Notes under the pieces: model-generated
The model's input: only the letters and a program-made list of their open reading frames with translations
Databases searched by the model: none
Told to the model about the DNA's origin: nothing
Translations under genes and position numbers: made by a program
NCBI GenBank assembly: GCA_963783145.1
Contig: CAWAMM010000009.1
Location: 182,381 to 246,380 of the forward strand
DNA from: an uncultured delta proteobacterium
GTDB lineage: Bacteria > Desulfobacterota > Binatia > Binatales > Binataceae
Reading direction: 5' to 3'
DNA: 64,000 nt
Part shown: positions 1-9,550 of the stretch, one piece after another
Numbering within the stretch: position 1 is the stretch's first letter
How the letters are laid out: the number at the start of each line of letters is the position of its first letter

Positions 1-386
1 TCTATGCTGAGGTATTGCGGCGTCCGGGTCTCTTCGAACACCTACAGCGGGAGTACCATGTAACTCTTGCCGGACCTACGACTTTAGCGGCCATCTTGAA
101 TGGTCTTCAAATGGGCTTTCGCTCTCTGGCAATCGCAAAGCGCACGAGCGAAGTTTGGCAGATCCTCGGTGCCATAAGATCCGAGTTTGGGAAATATGGC
201 GATGTCGTAGACCGCCTTCGCAACCAACTGAACACGGCCGTGAACACCATCGATAATTTGGGTACTCGCACTCGCGCGATGAATCGCAAGTTACGTGAGG
301 TTGAAGTGCTCCCGGATGCGGCAGCACAGAGGGTCCTCGTCCTCGATGTGTATGACGATACGTCGGAGAAACGTCCGGCAGCGTAA
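1..386 (+). CDS. rmuC: DNA recombination protein RmuC, C-terminal part (5' end outside window)
   Basis: The frame is open from the window edge; track ORF 15..386 begins at an internal TTG. The product ...GLFEHLQREYHVTLAGPTTLAAILNGLQMGFRSLAIAKRTSEVW...SEFGKYGD... matches the conserved RmuC C-terminal region as I recall it. Confidence 0.7.
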   Translation, partial: YAEVLRRPGLFEHLQREYHVTLAGPTTLAAILNGLQMGFRSLAIAKRTSEVWQILGAIRSEFGKYGDVVDRLRNQLNTAVNTIDNLGTRTRAMNRKLREVEVLPDAAAQRVLVLDVYDDTSEKRPAA

Positions 387-419
387 AAGCCACGAGACCT
401 GAGAATGCCGCGTGGCTTT
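386..419 (+). terminator. Hairpin directly after the rmuC stop (possible terminator)
   Basis: aaagccacg (386-394) pairs perfectly with cgtggcttt (411-419) across a 16-nt loop. No clean T-run follows, so it is weak as an intrinsic terminator. Confidence 0.3.
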
Positions 420-575
420 GCACTTGGGGCAAAGGCTCCATCCGCCGAGAAAATGCGCTAGCGAGTTTCACGCATGTCACGCCTCCGCCGTTGAGCTCGG
501 CCAACAGCTTACTGAGCCCGATTATCAATCGGCAGATGCCGCGGGAGTCCGAGACGTGAGGCGGATATGAAGCAC

Positions 576-1139
576 CTATCGCACCGGGACGGGGCGTTTG
601 GGAGGAGGAGGGCGCAGCAGGTCGGCGCGCGCGAGGGAGACCCGATGCGGAGTCTTCAAGGAAGACAGCATCTCGGAGATCGATTGGTTGAGCTTCGGAT
701 GCATCAGCGTCGGCGCCAACTCGGCCATCGGGGCGAGGACGAAGCGGCGCTCCTGCAGGCGCGGATGCGGCACCGTCAGCGCGCGCGTGTTGATCACTTC
801 CTTGTCGAAGAACAGCAGATCCAGATCGATGATGCGCGGCTTGTATTTTCCGCGCAGCGGCTTGCGGCCTTTGAACGGCTTGCGGCCCATCCCGCGCTCG
901 ATGGTGAGCAGCCGCTTCATCAGCTCTTCGGGCGTGATTTCAGTATCAACCTCGATCACGCCGTTGAGAAACGGCCACTTGAGCATCAACTCGTCGCCGA
1001 CCGGTTCGGTCTCGTAGATCGAGGATTGGCGCACGACGCGCGTACCGGGGATGGCAGCGATCTTTTGGATCGCCTCCCGGTAATTACCGGCTCGGTCGCC
1101 GAGGTTACTGCCGATTCCGATGAAAGCCCTATGGGGCAT
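576..1139 (-). CDS. folK: 2-amino-4-hydroxy-6-hydroxymethyldihydropteridine pyrophosphokinase (HPPK)
   Basis: 187 aa. AFIGIGSNLGDR, SSIYETEPVG, RIIDLDLLFF and TVPHPRLQERRFVLAPM follow the classic HPPK motif order. It starts 9 nt after the dapL-like stop on the same strand. Confidence 0.85.
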   Translation of the reverse strand: MPHRAFIGIGSNLGDRAGNYREAIQKIAAIPGTRVVRQSSIYETEPVGDELMLKWPFLNGVIEVDTEITPEELMKRLLTIERGMGRKPFKGRKPLRGKYKPRIIDLDLLFFDKEVINTRALTVPHPRLQERRFVLAPMAELAPTLMHPKLNQSISEMLSSLKTPHRVSLARADLLRPPPPKRPVPVR

Positions 1140-1148
1140 CCGTTGACG

Positions 1149-2318
1149 TTACAGCCTGAGCGCTTTAATTCGTTCAACCGCCTCTTTCAATCGATCGCTC
1201 GACACCGTCAATGAGAATCGAACGAAACCTTCACCACCCTTGCCGAATCCGGAGCCGGGAGTGATCGCCACTCCGGCCTCTTTCAGCACGCGCTCAGTGA
1301 ACGAGACCGAGGTGTATCCCTTGGGGACCTCGGCCCAGACGTAGAATGTGGCGCGCGGCAGCTCGCATGCGAGACCCATCGCGCGCAGTGCGCCAACCAG
1401 CAGGTCGCGGCGCTCTTTGTAGATGGCGCAGTAGGCTGCAAGCTGGTCGCCATCGCCACCTTCGAGCGCCGTGATCGATCCTTCCTGGATCGCCTGCGGG
1501 ACGCCCGAATCCATGTTGGTTTTGACTTTTCCGAGAGCGCCGACCAGCGCTGCATTGCCGACCGCGAAGGCGGCACGCCATCCGGTCATCGAGAAGGTCT
1601 TCGACAACGAATGGAAATCGACCGCGCATTCGCGGGCGCCGTCGACCTCGAAAATGCTCGGGGCTTTATAGCCGTCGTACGCGATTTCCGAATACGCATT
1701 GTCATGCGCAAGGATGATGTTGTGCTTGAGGCAAAAGGCGACCGCATCTTTGTAGAATCCCAGTTCGACGGTCGCGCCGGTGGGATTGTTGGGATAGTTG
1801 AGCCATAGCATCTTGGCGCGGCGCGCGATCTCGGCCGGAATCGCATTCAGGTCGGGCTTGAAGCCATTTTCCTTACGCAGCGTGAGGTAATATGGCTCTC
1901 CGCCGTTAAAGACGCATCCGGAATAATAGACCGGATAGCCGGGGTCGGGGATCAGTGCGATATCGCCGGGATCGACCACCGCGGTCGCGAAATTCGCGAT
2001 GCCTTCTTTCGATCCAATCAGCGCGCAGACTTCGGTCTGCGGATTGAATTCGACGCCGAAGCGCCGCTTGTACCATGCCGAAGCCGCCTGCCGGTATTCC
2101 AGCAAGCCCTCGTAGTCGGGATAACGATGATTCCTGGGCTCATCGGCGGCGTGCTTGATGCTGGAAATGATGTGATTGGGGGTCGGGAGGTCGGGATCGC
2201 CGATGCCGAGGCTGATGACATCGACGCCTTTGGCGGCGACTTCCTTCTTGAGGCGGTCGAGCTCGGCAAAGAGATAGGGAGGTAAGAGGCCGAGTCTCGC
2301 GGCGGTCTTGATCTGCAC
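1149..2318 (-). CDS. dapL: Class I/II PLP aminotransferase, LL-diaminopimelate aminotransferase (DapL)-like
   Basis: 389 aa. The N-terminus LPPYLFAELDRLKKEVAAKGVDVISLGIGDPDLPTP and the PLP-lysine motif HSLSKTFSMTGWR fit this class. dapB is also in the window. The DapL subtype assignment is from memory only. Confidence 0.65.
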   Translation of the reverse strand: MQIKTAARLGLLPPYLFAELDRLKKEVAAKGVDVISLGIGDPDLPTPNHIISSIKHAADEPRNHRYPDYEGLLEYRQAASAWYKRRFGVEFNPQTEVCALIGSKEGIANFATAVVDPGDIALIPDPGYPVYYSGCVFNGGEPYYLTLRKENGFKPDLNAIPAEIARRAKMLWLNYPNNPTGATVELGFYKDAVAFCLKHNIILAHDNAYSEIAYDGYKAPSIFEVDGARECAVDFHSLSKTFSMTGWRAAFAVGNAALVGALGKVKTNMDSGVPQAIQEGSITALEGGDGDQLAAYCAIYKERRDLLVGALRAMGLACELPRATFYVWAEVPKGYTSVSFTERVLKEAGVAITPGSGFGKGGEGFVRFSLTVSSDRLKEAVERIKALRL

Positions 2319-2503
2319 TTGGTCGCTGAATCTCCGTGAAAGTTAGTTGCAAAATAGAACTACCATAATTGGTGGGGCTTCGAAACAATGGGGACGAATT
2401 TGCTAGAAAATTTCACTTTTGGAGGAATCTCTGCCCACCGCGCGGCATTTTTTCGGGTTGGCGATCCGAGAACATAGCGCGCAAAAGAGAATTTATTGAA
2501 ATG

Positions 2504-2517
2504 TGAACAATCGTTCA
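2504..2517. promoter_or_regulatory. Perfect palindrome TGAAC-AATC-GTTCA in the dapL / actA divergent intergenic region
   Basis: Read directly: atgTGAACAATCGTTCAaac. The same TGAAC-N4-GTTCA architecture recurs at 58228-58241 upstream of nuoA. The binding factor is unknown. Confidence 0.3.
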
Positions 2518-2879
2518 AACATCCCCGGCGACGATCCACGCGGATCGCCCAAAGCCCTTCTGCGCGAATGGTAAATGCCTGTTTTGCAGCAGCCGCGAGG
2601 CGCCTTCTGATCGCCCCGGGTCCCATCCAGTATTAAAGTTGCTTGATCATCGACGATCGCAATGTTAGACAATTTAACGTATCGATTTTCTGGCGGCGTG
2701 CCCGCTGAAGGACTAATGCTGATCGAGGTCCTGGCGTGGGTACGCCCAAGAAAGGCTCCGTAATCGTCTGAGCCGGGACCTGGAGACGAAATGCGCCGCC
2801 TGCTTGGAGGCTGCCGAGCAGGCGACTTACCGGCCATAACTGGAACCTGAACCGGATTGCCTGGTTCTTTAGCTAGAAC

Positions 2880-3392
2880 ATGAACCGGACCCTGCTTCCT
2901 CTAGCTATCACCCTGCTGGTCTTCGGACTCGGCACGTTCGCATTTTCTCAAAGGCCCTGGGCTCCGCGTACCGATGTCGAACAGCCGATTCCCTTCAGTC
3001 ATCGCGTCCACGCCGGGGTTAACCAGATTCCCTGCCAGTTCTGTCACGAGTATGCGCGGCGCTCGCAGACCGCGGGCGCCCCACCGGTGGCGAAATGCGT
3101 CGGATGTCATGGCGCGTCAATCGTAGGCGGCCTCGAGCCGGTCACGCGCCCGTGGACCGATGACCAACAGCCGCCCTTCGAAATTCGCTGGAACCGGGTC
3201 TACACGCTGCCGGATTTCGTACGCTTCACGCATAAGCCGCACATCAACGCGGGCGTGCAATGCGAGGAATGTCATGGCGACGTGAAGACGATGGATCGCA
3301 TCGTGCCGGTGCATGAGATCAACATGGGCTTTTGCGTGGAGTGTCACACCAAACGCAACGTGACCCTGGACTGCGCGGTGTGCCACCACTAG
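2880..3392 (+). CDS. actA: Alternative Complex III subunit ActA (membrane-anchored pentahaem cytochrome c)
   Basis: 170 aa with an N-terminal TM anchor (LLPLAITLLVFGLGTFAF). It has five CXXCH motifs: CQFCH, CVGCH, CEECH, CVECH, CAVCH. It is the first gene of the act cluster. Confidence 0.8.
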   Translation: MNRTLLPLAITLLVFGLGTFAFSQRPWAPRTDVEQPIPFSHRVHAGVNQIPCQFCHEYARRSQTAGAPPVAKCVGCHGASIVGGLEPVTRPWTDDQQPPFEIRWNRVYTLPDFVRFTHKPHINAGVQCEECHGDVKTMDRIVPVHEINMGFCVECHTKRNVTLDCAVCHH

Positions 3393-3400
3393 GAGCGATC

Positions 3401-6370
3401 ATGGCAGACGGATTCACCAGACGCTCCTTTATAAAGCTCGCCGCGACCGCGAGTGCGGCCGCCGCCATTCCCGGATGCCAACCGGCCGCGCGCAAGTTGA
3501 TCCCCTATGTCGTGCCCGATGAGAACGTCATCCCGGGTGTGCCGACCTTCTACGCCACCACTTGCGACGAATGCTCCGCCGGATGTGGCATTGTCGCCAA
3601 GGTGCGCGAGGGCCGCGTCATCAAGTTGGAAGGCAATCCTATTGACCCTATCGGCAAGGGTGCGATCTGCGCGCGCGGTCAGGCGGGGTTGCAGGGACTC
3701 TATAATCCGGACCGATTGCGCGCGCCGATGCTGCGCGGTGCGGACGGCAAGCTCAGCAAAATTTCCTGGGATGATGCGCTCAAGCGGTTCGCGGATCATC
3801 TGAAGCAGGCGGCGGGCAAGGGCAACGATCGGATCGCGATGATCGCCTCGCCGCAGGGACCGACGCTGCAGAAGATTACCGCGGCGTTCCTCGGCGCGTA
3901 CAAATCAAATCGCGTCACCTACTATGAGGCGCTCAGCGACGAGCCCGCGCGCGAGGCCGCGCAGATGGTGTTCGGGCGGCGCGATCTGGCGTCATATCGA
4001 ATCGACCAGGCCGAGCTTCTGATCTCGTTCAATGCGGATTTCCTCGAGACCTGGCGCTCGCCGATCGAATACGCGCGCCAGTATGCGGAATTTCGTGCAC
4101 CGAGAAATCGCAATGGTGCGCTCACGATCGGCCGCGCGATCTATGTCGGACCGCGCCTCAACATGACCGCCGCGAAGTGCGACGAATGGATCGCTTCGCC
4201 GCCCGGCGCCGAGGCGATGCTTGCCCTGGCGATCCTGCATGTGATCCTGGCGCAGGGATGGGTCGGACCCAACAGCGGGGTGGATGCCGCGGCGCTTAAA
4301 ACATTCTCCGGGGCCTACGATCCCCTGTCCGTCAGTCAGAAGACCGGCGTCCCCGCCGATCGTATCAGCAAGATTGCGGAGCGGTTCGGCAAAGCCGACG
4401 GCGCCCTCGCGCTCGCCGGTGGCGATGACCCGACCCTGCATGCGGCGACCTACATCCTCAACGCCGCCACCGGCAACCTCGGTCGCACGATGCAGTTTTA
4501 CGACGGCGAGCCAGCGGAAATCGTCGCCAGGAACGACGAGATGGCGGCCGCAATCGAACTGCTTCGGATCGGCGTGGTCGGGCGGTCGAGTGGCGCCGTG
4601 AATGGACTGGCGAACCTGGAATTCGAATCGTCGAGTGTCGAGGTGCTGGTGGTCGCCGATGCCAATCCGCTTTACTCGATGCCGCAAACCTGGCGGACCC
4701 TCGAAGCGTTCAAAAAAGTTCCGTTCGTGGTTTGGGCCGGTACGGTTCCCGATGAGACCGCCGAGTATGCGCATCTGTTGCTGCCGATTCATCATCCACT
4801 GGAGTCGTGGCGCGATGCGTTTCCGCGCGCCGGCGTGCATGGCCTCGGCCAGCCGGTCATGCAGCCGGTCTTCGCGAGCAAGCCGCTCGGCGATGTTCTC
4901 ATCACGATCGCGAGTCAGAGCGGCGGCGCGCCGATGCCATGGAAGGACACTGCCGAAGCCATCAAGGGCGAATGGGCCAAGCTAGCGGGCGGAAAAGATG
5001 CCAATGAGTTTTGGGTCAAGTCGCTCACCGAGGGTGGAACTTTCACCGACGCGACCCCCGCGAAGGTTGCGCTCAAGACCGACGCGCTGAAAAGCGGCCC
5101 GAATGCGCCGGAGATCCCCAAGCTCGCGCTCTATACCTATCCGCATCCGTTCCTCTATGACGGCCGCGGCGCCGATAAACCGTGGCTCCAGGAAATTCCC
5201 GAGCCGGTCACGCAGATTGTGTGGGACAGCTGGGCGGAGATTCATCCTGAAACCGCGCAGGAGCTTGGAGTCACATCCAACCAGGTGGTCGAGGTGCGCT
5301 CCTCAGAGGGCGCGATTAACGTTCCAGTGCTGGTGAGCGGGCGCGTAGCGCGAGGCACTATCGCGGTGCCGCTCGGGCAGGGCCATACCGCGTACGGGCG
5401 CTATGCGAAAAACCGCGGGGCGAATGCTTTCACCGTGCTGCGCCCACGTCATTTGCAGATCGAAGTCAGCGCCCGCGCCACCGGCGATACGCAAACGAAC
5501 GTCACGCCCGCCGGTTTCGACTACATGCTCGGGCGCAGCTTTGCCGAGGCGGTGAGCGTCGGGCAGTTGGCCAACCACATCGAGCCAAAGTACGTCGGCG
5601 AGGAACTGCCGGACGTGCCCTACGAGATGTACGCATCGTACGCGCCCAATCGAAAGCATATGTGGGGCATGACCATCGACCTCAACGCATGCACCGGATG
5701 CAGCGCATGCGTCGCGGCCTGCTACGCGGAAAACAATGTCCCGGTCGTCGGCAAGGAGATGGTGGGCGAGGGGCGCATCATGTCGTGGATTCGGATGGAT
5801 CGCTATTTTCCCGAGCCCGCGCATCCGGAGCCGCAGCCGCAGCTCTATCTGATGCCGATGCTGTGCCAGCAGTGCGATCATGCGCCATGCGAGCCGGTCT
5901 GCCCGGTCTTTGCGGCGGTACATACCAATGAGGGGCTCAACGGGCAGATCTACAATCGATGCGTCGGGACCCGCTATTGCGAGAACAACTGTCCTTACAA
6001 GGTGCGGCGTTTCAATTTCTTCGATCCCGACTGGCCCGAGCCATTCAACTTACAGCTCAATCCGGATGTGACCGCGCGCAGTGCCGGCGTGATGGAAAAA
6101 TGTACATTTTGTATTCAACGGATCGTCAGCACCGAGATCAACGCGAAAATCGAAAAGCGCGAGGTGCGCGACGGCGAGATTATTACCGCCTGCGCGCAGG
6201 CCTGCCCGACCAAAGCGATCTCCTTCGGCGACCTGAAGGATCCCACCAGCGAGATGATGAAGCGGCGCGAGGCGAATAAGAATCGCGCCTACCGCTCACT
6301 GGAGGAGCTCAACACGCAGCCGGCCATTGTCTATCTGCGCAACGTCTACTACGAACGGGAGAAATCCTAG
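3401..6370 (+). CDS. actB: Alternative Complex III subunit ActB (molybdopterin-oxidoreductase-like domain fused to 4Fe-4S ferredoxin domain)
   Basis: Start moved to ATG 3401, 8 nt after the actA stop. MADGFTRRSFIKLAATASAAAAIPG is a twin-arginine signal. The N-terminal CDECSAGC cluster motif is followed by ferredoxin-type clusters CTGCSACVAAC, CQQCDHAPCEPVC, CVGTRYCENNC and CTFC...CAQAC. Confidence 0.85.
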   Translation: MADGFTRRSFIKLAATASAAAAIPGCQPAARKLIPYVVPDENVIPGVPTFYATTCDECSAGCGIVAKVREGRVIKLEGNPIDPIGKGAICARGQAGLQGLYNPDRLRAPMLRGADGKLSKISWDDALKRFADHLKQAAGKGNDRIAMIASPQGPTLQKITAAFLGAYKSNRVTYYEALSDEPAREAAQMVFGRRDLASYRIDQAELLISFNADFLETWRSPIEYARQYAEFRAPRNRNGALTIGRAIYVGPRLNMTAAKCDEWIASPPGAEAMLALAILHVILAQGWVGPNSGVDAAALKTFSGAYDPLSVSQKTGVPADRISKIAERFGKADGALALAGGDDPTLHAATYILNAATGNLGRTMQFYDGEPAEIVARNDEMAAAIELLRIGVVGRSSGAVNGLANLEFESSSVEVLVVADANPLYSMPQTWRTLEAFKKVPFVVWAGTVPDETAEYAHLLLPIHHPLESWRDAFPRAGVHGLGQPVMQPVFASKPLGDVLITIASQSGGAPMPWKDTAEAIKGEWAKLAGGKDANEFWVKSLTEGGTFTDATPAKVALKTDALKSGPNAPEIPKLALYTYPHPFLYDGRGADKPWLQEIPEPVTQIVWDSWAEIHPETAQELGVTSNQVVEVRSSEGAINVPVLVSGRVARGTIAVPLGQGHTAYGRYAKNRGANAFTVLRPRHLQIEVSARATGDTQTNVTPAGFDYMLGRSFAEAVSVGQLANHIEPKYVGEELPDVPYEMYASYAPNRKHMWGMTIDLNACTGCSACVAACYAENNVPVVGKEMVGEGRIMSWIRMDRYFPEPAHPEPQPQLYLMPMLCQQCDHAPCEPVCPVFAAVHTNEGLNGQIYNRCVGTRYCENNCPYKVRRFNFFDPDWPEPFNLQLNPDVTARSAGVMEKCTFCIQRIVSTEINAKIEKREVRDGEIITACAQACPTKAISFGDLKDPTSEMMKRREANKNRAYRSLEELNTQPAIVYLRNVYYEREKS

Positions 6371-7746
6371 TGGCCGCGGCGATTGAACCCCTCAATACCA
6401 CTCCGAGCTTCGCCGACATCGATCGCGGCGTGCATCGCATCATGGAGCCGCCGGGCCTGCTGTTTTGGGCGTGGATTGTTTTCTGCGCGATGCTGGTGGC
6501 GATCGCGGGCGCGTTGTGGACGCGGCAGATCTATGAGGGCCTCGGAGTCACCGGCCTGAAGCAGCCCACGATGTGGGCGGTCTACATCACCAACTTCGTG
6601 TTCTGGGTCGGAATCGCACATTCGGGCACGCTGATCTCCGCGATCCTTTATCTCTTCCGCACCCGCTGGCGCACCGCGGTCTATCGGCTGGCCGAAACCA
6701 TGACGCTGTTCGCGGTGTTGACGGCCGGACTGTTTCCGTTGGTCCACCTTGGACGAGTATGGAATGCCTACTGGTTGTTGCCATACCCGAACGAGCGTTA
6801 TCTGCAGCCGAATTTCCGCTCGCCGCTGGTATGGGACGCCTTCGCGGTCTCGACCTACCTGACCATCAGCGCGACCTTCCTGCTGATGGGACTGATTCCT
6901 GATGTCGCCAATGCCCGCGAGGCGGCGAAGGGCTGGCGCAAAATCTTCTACTCGATTCTGTCCTTCGGATGGCGCGGGACCGGCGAGCAATGGCGTCACT
7001 TTCAGATGATGTATCTGCTGCTGGCGGGCCTCGCCACGCCGCTGGTCATCTCGGTGCACAGCGTGGTGTCGTGGGACTTTGCGATGGCGCAGCTGCCGGG
7101 ATGGCATAGCACGATTTTCGCGCCCTACTTCGTCGCGGGCGCGATTCTCTCGGGCGTCGCAATGGTGCTGACGCTTCTGATCCCGATGCGCTGGCTGCTC
7201 AACCTGGAAGGCTTCATCACTCCGTGGCACCTGGACAACCTCGCGAAGGTCATCCTGCTGACGTCGCTGATCGTCAGCTATTCGTACATCACCGAGACTT
7301 TCATCACCTGGTACAGTCAGGACCAGTTCGAGGTGGTGACCTTCCAGATGCGCTACTTCGGTCCGTGGGGGCCGCTGTTCTGGCTGATGGTATGGGGAAA
7401 CTGCGTATTTCCACTGGTGCTGTTCTCGCCGCGAATTCGGCGCAGCACCATCCCGCTTTTCATCGTCACCATTTTCGTGAACATCGGAATGTGGCTGGAG
7501 CGCTTCGTGATCATCGCGGGCTCGCTGGCGACCAACTTCAACCCGTCGCAATGGAGTTTCTTTCACATCTCGATCACCGAATTCATGATCACGGTCGGGA
7601 GCTTCGCGTGGTTCCTGATGCTGTTTTCGCTGTTCACCCGCTACTTGCCGATCATTTCGATGACGGAATTGAAGGAAGGGATTGGCTGGCTGCGGCAATC
7701 GCTGCGCGACGATTACTACCCGGATATTTCAAGGGACGGTGAATGA
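6370..7746 (+). CDS. actC: Alternative Complex III subunit ActC (NrfD/PsrC-like polytopic quinol-binding subunit)
   Basis: 458 aa polytopic membrane protein. GTG 6370 overlaps the actB TAG. NrfD-like N-terminal region ...WAVYITNFVFWVGIAHSGTLISAILYL... Confidence 0.8.
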   Translation: MAAAIEPLNTTPSFADIDRGVHRIMEPPGLLFWAWIVFCAMLVAIAGALWTRQIYEGLGVTGLKQPTMWAVYITNFVFWVGIAHSGTLISAILYLFRTRWRTAVYRLAETMTLFAVLTAGLFPLVHLGRVWNAYWLLPYPNERYLQPNFRSPLVWDAFAVSTYLTISATFLLMGLIPDVANAREAAKGWRKIFYSILSFGWRGTGEQWRHFQMMYLLLAGLATPLVISVHSVVSWDFAMAQLPGWHSTIFAPYFVAGAILSGVAMVLTLLIPMRWLLNLEGFITPWHLDNLAKVILLTSLIVSYSYITETFITWYSQDQFEVVTFQMRYFGPWGPLFWLMVWGNCVFPLVLFSPRIRRSTIPLFIVTIFVNIGMWLERFVIIAGSLATNFNPSQWSFFHISITEFMITVGSFAWFLMLFSLFTRYLPIISMTELKEGIGWLRQSLRDDYYPDISRDGE

Positions 7747-8276
7747 GCGCTGAAGTCGAATTGGTCGGCAGCTTCGCCGCCGAAGAACAATGCGTGCACG
7801 CGGTCGAAGCGTTGAAGCGCGACGGCATCGCGTTCCGCGTCTTCTCGCCGATTCCCAGCGAGCATCTGCTGCATGCGATCGGACGCCCGCTGAGTCCGGT
7901 GCGCGTATTTGTGCTGATCGGCGGCATCCTGGGCGTCCTCACCGGCCTCGCAGTGACGGTTGGCACCTCATGGGAATGGAACCTGGTCGCGGGGGGCAAG
8001 CCGGTCGTGTCCTTGCCGCCGTTCATCATCATCATGTTCGAATTGATGATCCTGTTCGGAGGATTGTCGGCGGCGCTGAGCTTCTTCGTGTTCGCGAGGT
8101 TGCCGCAATTCGATCCGATCGCCGGCTGGTCGGAAAGATTCGGCGCCGACCGTTTCGGCCTCGCGGTGAAATGCGACGAAGCTGACATCGCGAGAATCGA
8201 AGCCTTGATGCGCGAGGCGGGCGCCGAGGATGTCGTGCATGAGGACCCGCGCGCCCGGGAACTCGTCACCCACTGA
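7743..8276 (+). CDS. actD: Alternative Complex III subunit ActD (DUF3341-type)
   Basis: 177 aa. There is an ATGA overlap with the actC stop. It has a soluble N-terminal part and two TM helices (VFVLIGGILGVLTGLAV, IIIMFELMILFGGLSAALSFFVF). It contains no CXXCH. Confidence 0.7.
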   Translation: MSAEVELVGSFAAEEQCVHAVEALKRDGIAFRVFSPIPSEHLLHAIGRPLSPVRVFVLIGGILGVLTGLAVTVGTSWEWNLVAGGKPVVSLPPFIIIMFELMILFGGLSAALSFFVFARLPQFDPIAGWSERFGADRFGLAVKCDEADIARIEALMREAGAEDVVHEDPRARELVTH

Positions 8277-8296
8277 GGCAATCGATAAGAATTGCA

Positions 8297-9550
8297 ATGA
8301 GCGCACAACCTAAAGCATCAGTGCCACAAGCTCCCGCGATGATTCCCGGCGCGGAAGGTATTCGCACGCCGATGGCGCTGGTGGCGATCTGCGCGATTCT
8401 CACCCTGATCGGAGTCGCGGGCTTCATTGGCGGCGTGATGACCGAGACCGAGCCTCACGCATGGCAGGCCTTTCTGGTGAACTTCCTTTTCTTCTTCGGC
8501 GTGGCGCAGGGCGGCGTGATGATTTCCGGCGCGTTCTATCTGACCCAGGCGCGATGGGGCGGACCGGGCGCGTATCGGCTGGCGGAATCGTTTTACGTTT
8601 TCATCCCGGTCGCGTTCGTTTTGTTCTGGGTGCTGTTTTTCGGGCGCGCCGAGCTATGGCCCTGGGTGACGCGGCCGGAGCTCGCGAAGAATCCGACCTG
8701 GCTCAACACGCCATTTTTCTTCGCGCGCGAGGGTTTCTGTCTGCTCGCATTGACGATGCTCGATCTATGGTTCATCCGCATCTCGCATCGCGTCGACGTG
8801 CGCCAGTGGGCGCTTTCGAATGACAACATCGAGATGCCGCCGACCGCGATTCGTCGCATCGCGCCCGCGCTCGCGCTGACCTATGCGGCGGTGATGTCGC
8901 TGATCGCATTCGACCTCATTATGTCGCTGGCGCCGCTATGGAAGAGCACCCTCTTCGGCGCGTTCTTTTTTGCCGGTGCATTCTGGAGCGGTATCGTGGC
9001 GATGGCTCTCACGGCCGTCGTGCTGCGGGGCCGCCTCGGCGCGGGAAATCTCTTCACCCGCGACACCATCCTGCACGACCTCGGCAAGTTCACCTTCGCG
9101 TTCTCGGTGTTTTGGGCGTACACGCTGTTCGCGCAGTACATCGTGATTTGGTACGGCGACATTCCCGCGGAAACTTTTTTTCTGGTGGTGCGCGGCGCTC
9201 TCATTGGCGGACCCGCCGGCTACACCATCTACACCCCGTGGATGATCCCGACCTGGACCGTGCCGGTTCTGATTTGGGTGATTCCGTTCGTGGTGCTGAT
9301 GGGCGTCAAGCCGAAGAAGACGCCCGCGATTCTCGGCACCGTCGCGTTTCTCGGCCTCATCGGCATGTGGCTCGAGCGCTATGTCCTGGTGGTCCCGTCG
9401 ATCACGCCGAAGTACGTCCCGTTCAACTGGATCGAGCTGGCGGTGACGCTGGGATTCCTCGGCATCTTCGGCCTGTGCGCGATTCCCGGAATGAAGCTGA
9501 CGGTCGCGGCGGCGGCGGCGCCCCAGGTTCTGGAGGCCGCGGAAGAATGA
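8297..9550 (+). CDS. actF: Alternative Complex III subunit ActF (second NrfD-like membrane subunit)
   Basis: 417 aa polytopic protein. It is paralogous in style to ActC (FLFFFGVAQGGVMISGAFYL...). It lies 20 nt after actD. Confidence 0.75.
   Translation: MSAQPKASVPQAPAMIPGAEGIRTPMALVAICAILTLIGVAGFIGGVMTETEPHAWQAFLVNFLFFFGVAQGGVMISGAFYLTQARWGGPGAYRLAESFYVFIPVAFVLFWVLFFGRAELWPWVTRPELAKNPTWLNTPFFFAREGFCLLALTMLDLWFIRISHRVDVRQWALSNDNIEMPPTAIRRIAPALALTYAAVMSLIAFDLIMSLAPLWKSTLFGAFFFAGAFWSGIVAMALTAVVLRGRLGAGNLFTRDTILHDLGKFTFAFSVFWAYTLFAQYIVIWYGDIPAETFFLVVRGALIGGPAGYTIYTPWMIPTWTVPVLIWVIPFVVLMGVKPKKTPAILGTVAFLGLIGMWLERYVLVVPSITPKYVPFNWIELAVTLGFLGIFGLCAIPGMKLTVAAAAAPQVLEAAEE

Noticed and set aside
2503-2518. 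Interpreting TGTGAACAATCGTTCA as a Rex (TTGTGAA-N4-TTCACAA) or CRP (TGTGA-N6-TCACA) operator
   Set aside because: Only the left arm fits. The right arm and the spacing (GAAC-N4-GTTC) do not match either consensus, so I kept it as an unassigned palindrome.
6367-7698. 443-aa minus-strand ORF covering the whole of actC
   Set aside because: It is extremely Arg/His/Gln/Asp/Glu-rich and low in complexity, with no recognisable motifs. It is exactly antisense to a well-supported NrfD-like gene. This is a typical mirror ORF in GC-rich DNA.
8938-9546. 5' extension of the CoxB ORF (540-aa version) and, similarly, the 3332-3400 extension of ActB and the 13255-13386 extension of CtaG
   Set aside because: The extensions overlap the preceding, well-supported genes out of frame and encode Arg-rich junk. 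Internal ATGs give proper signal, lipobox or TAT N-termini and operon-style junctions.
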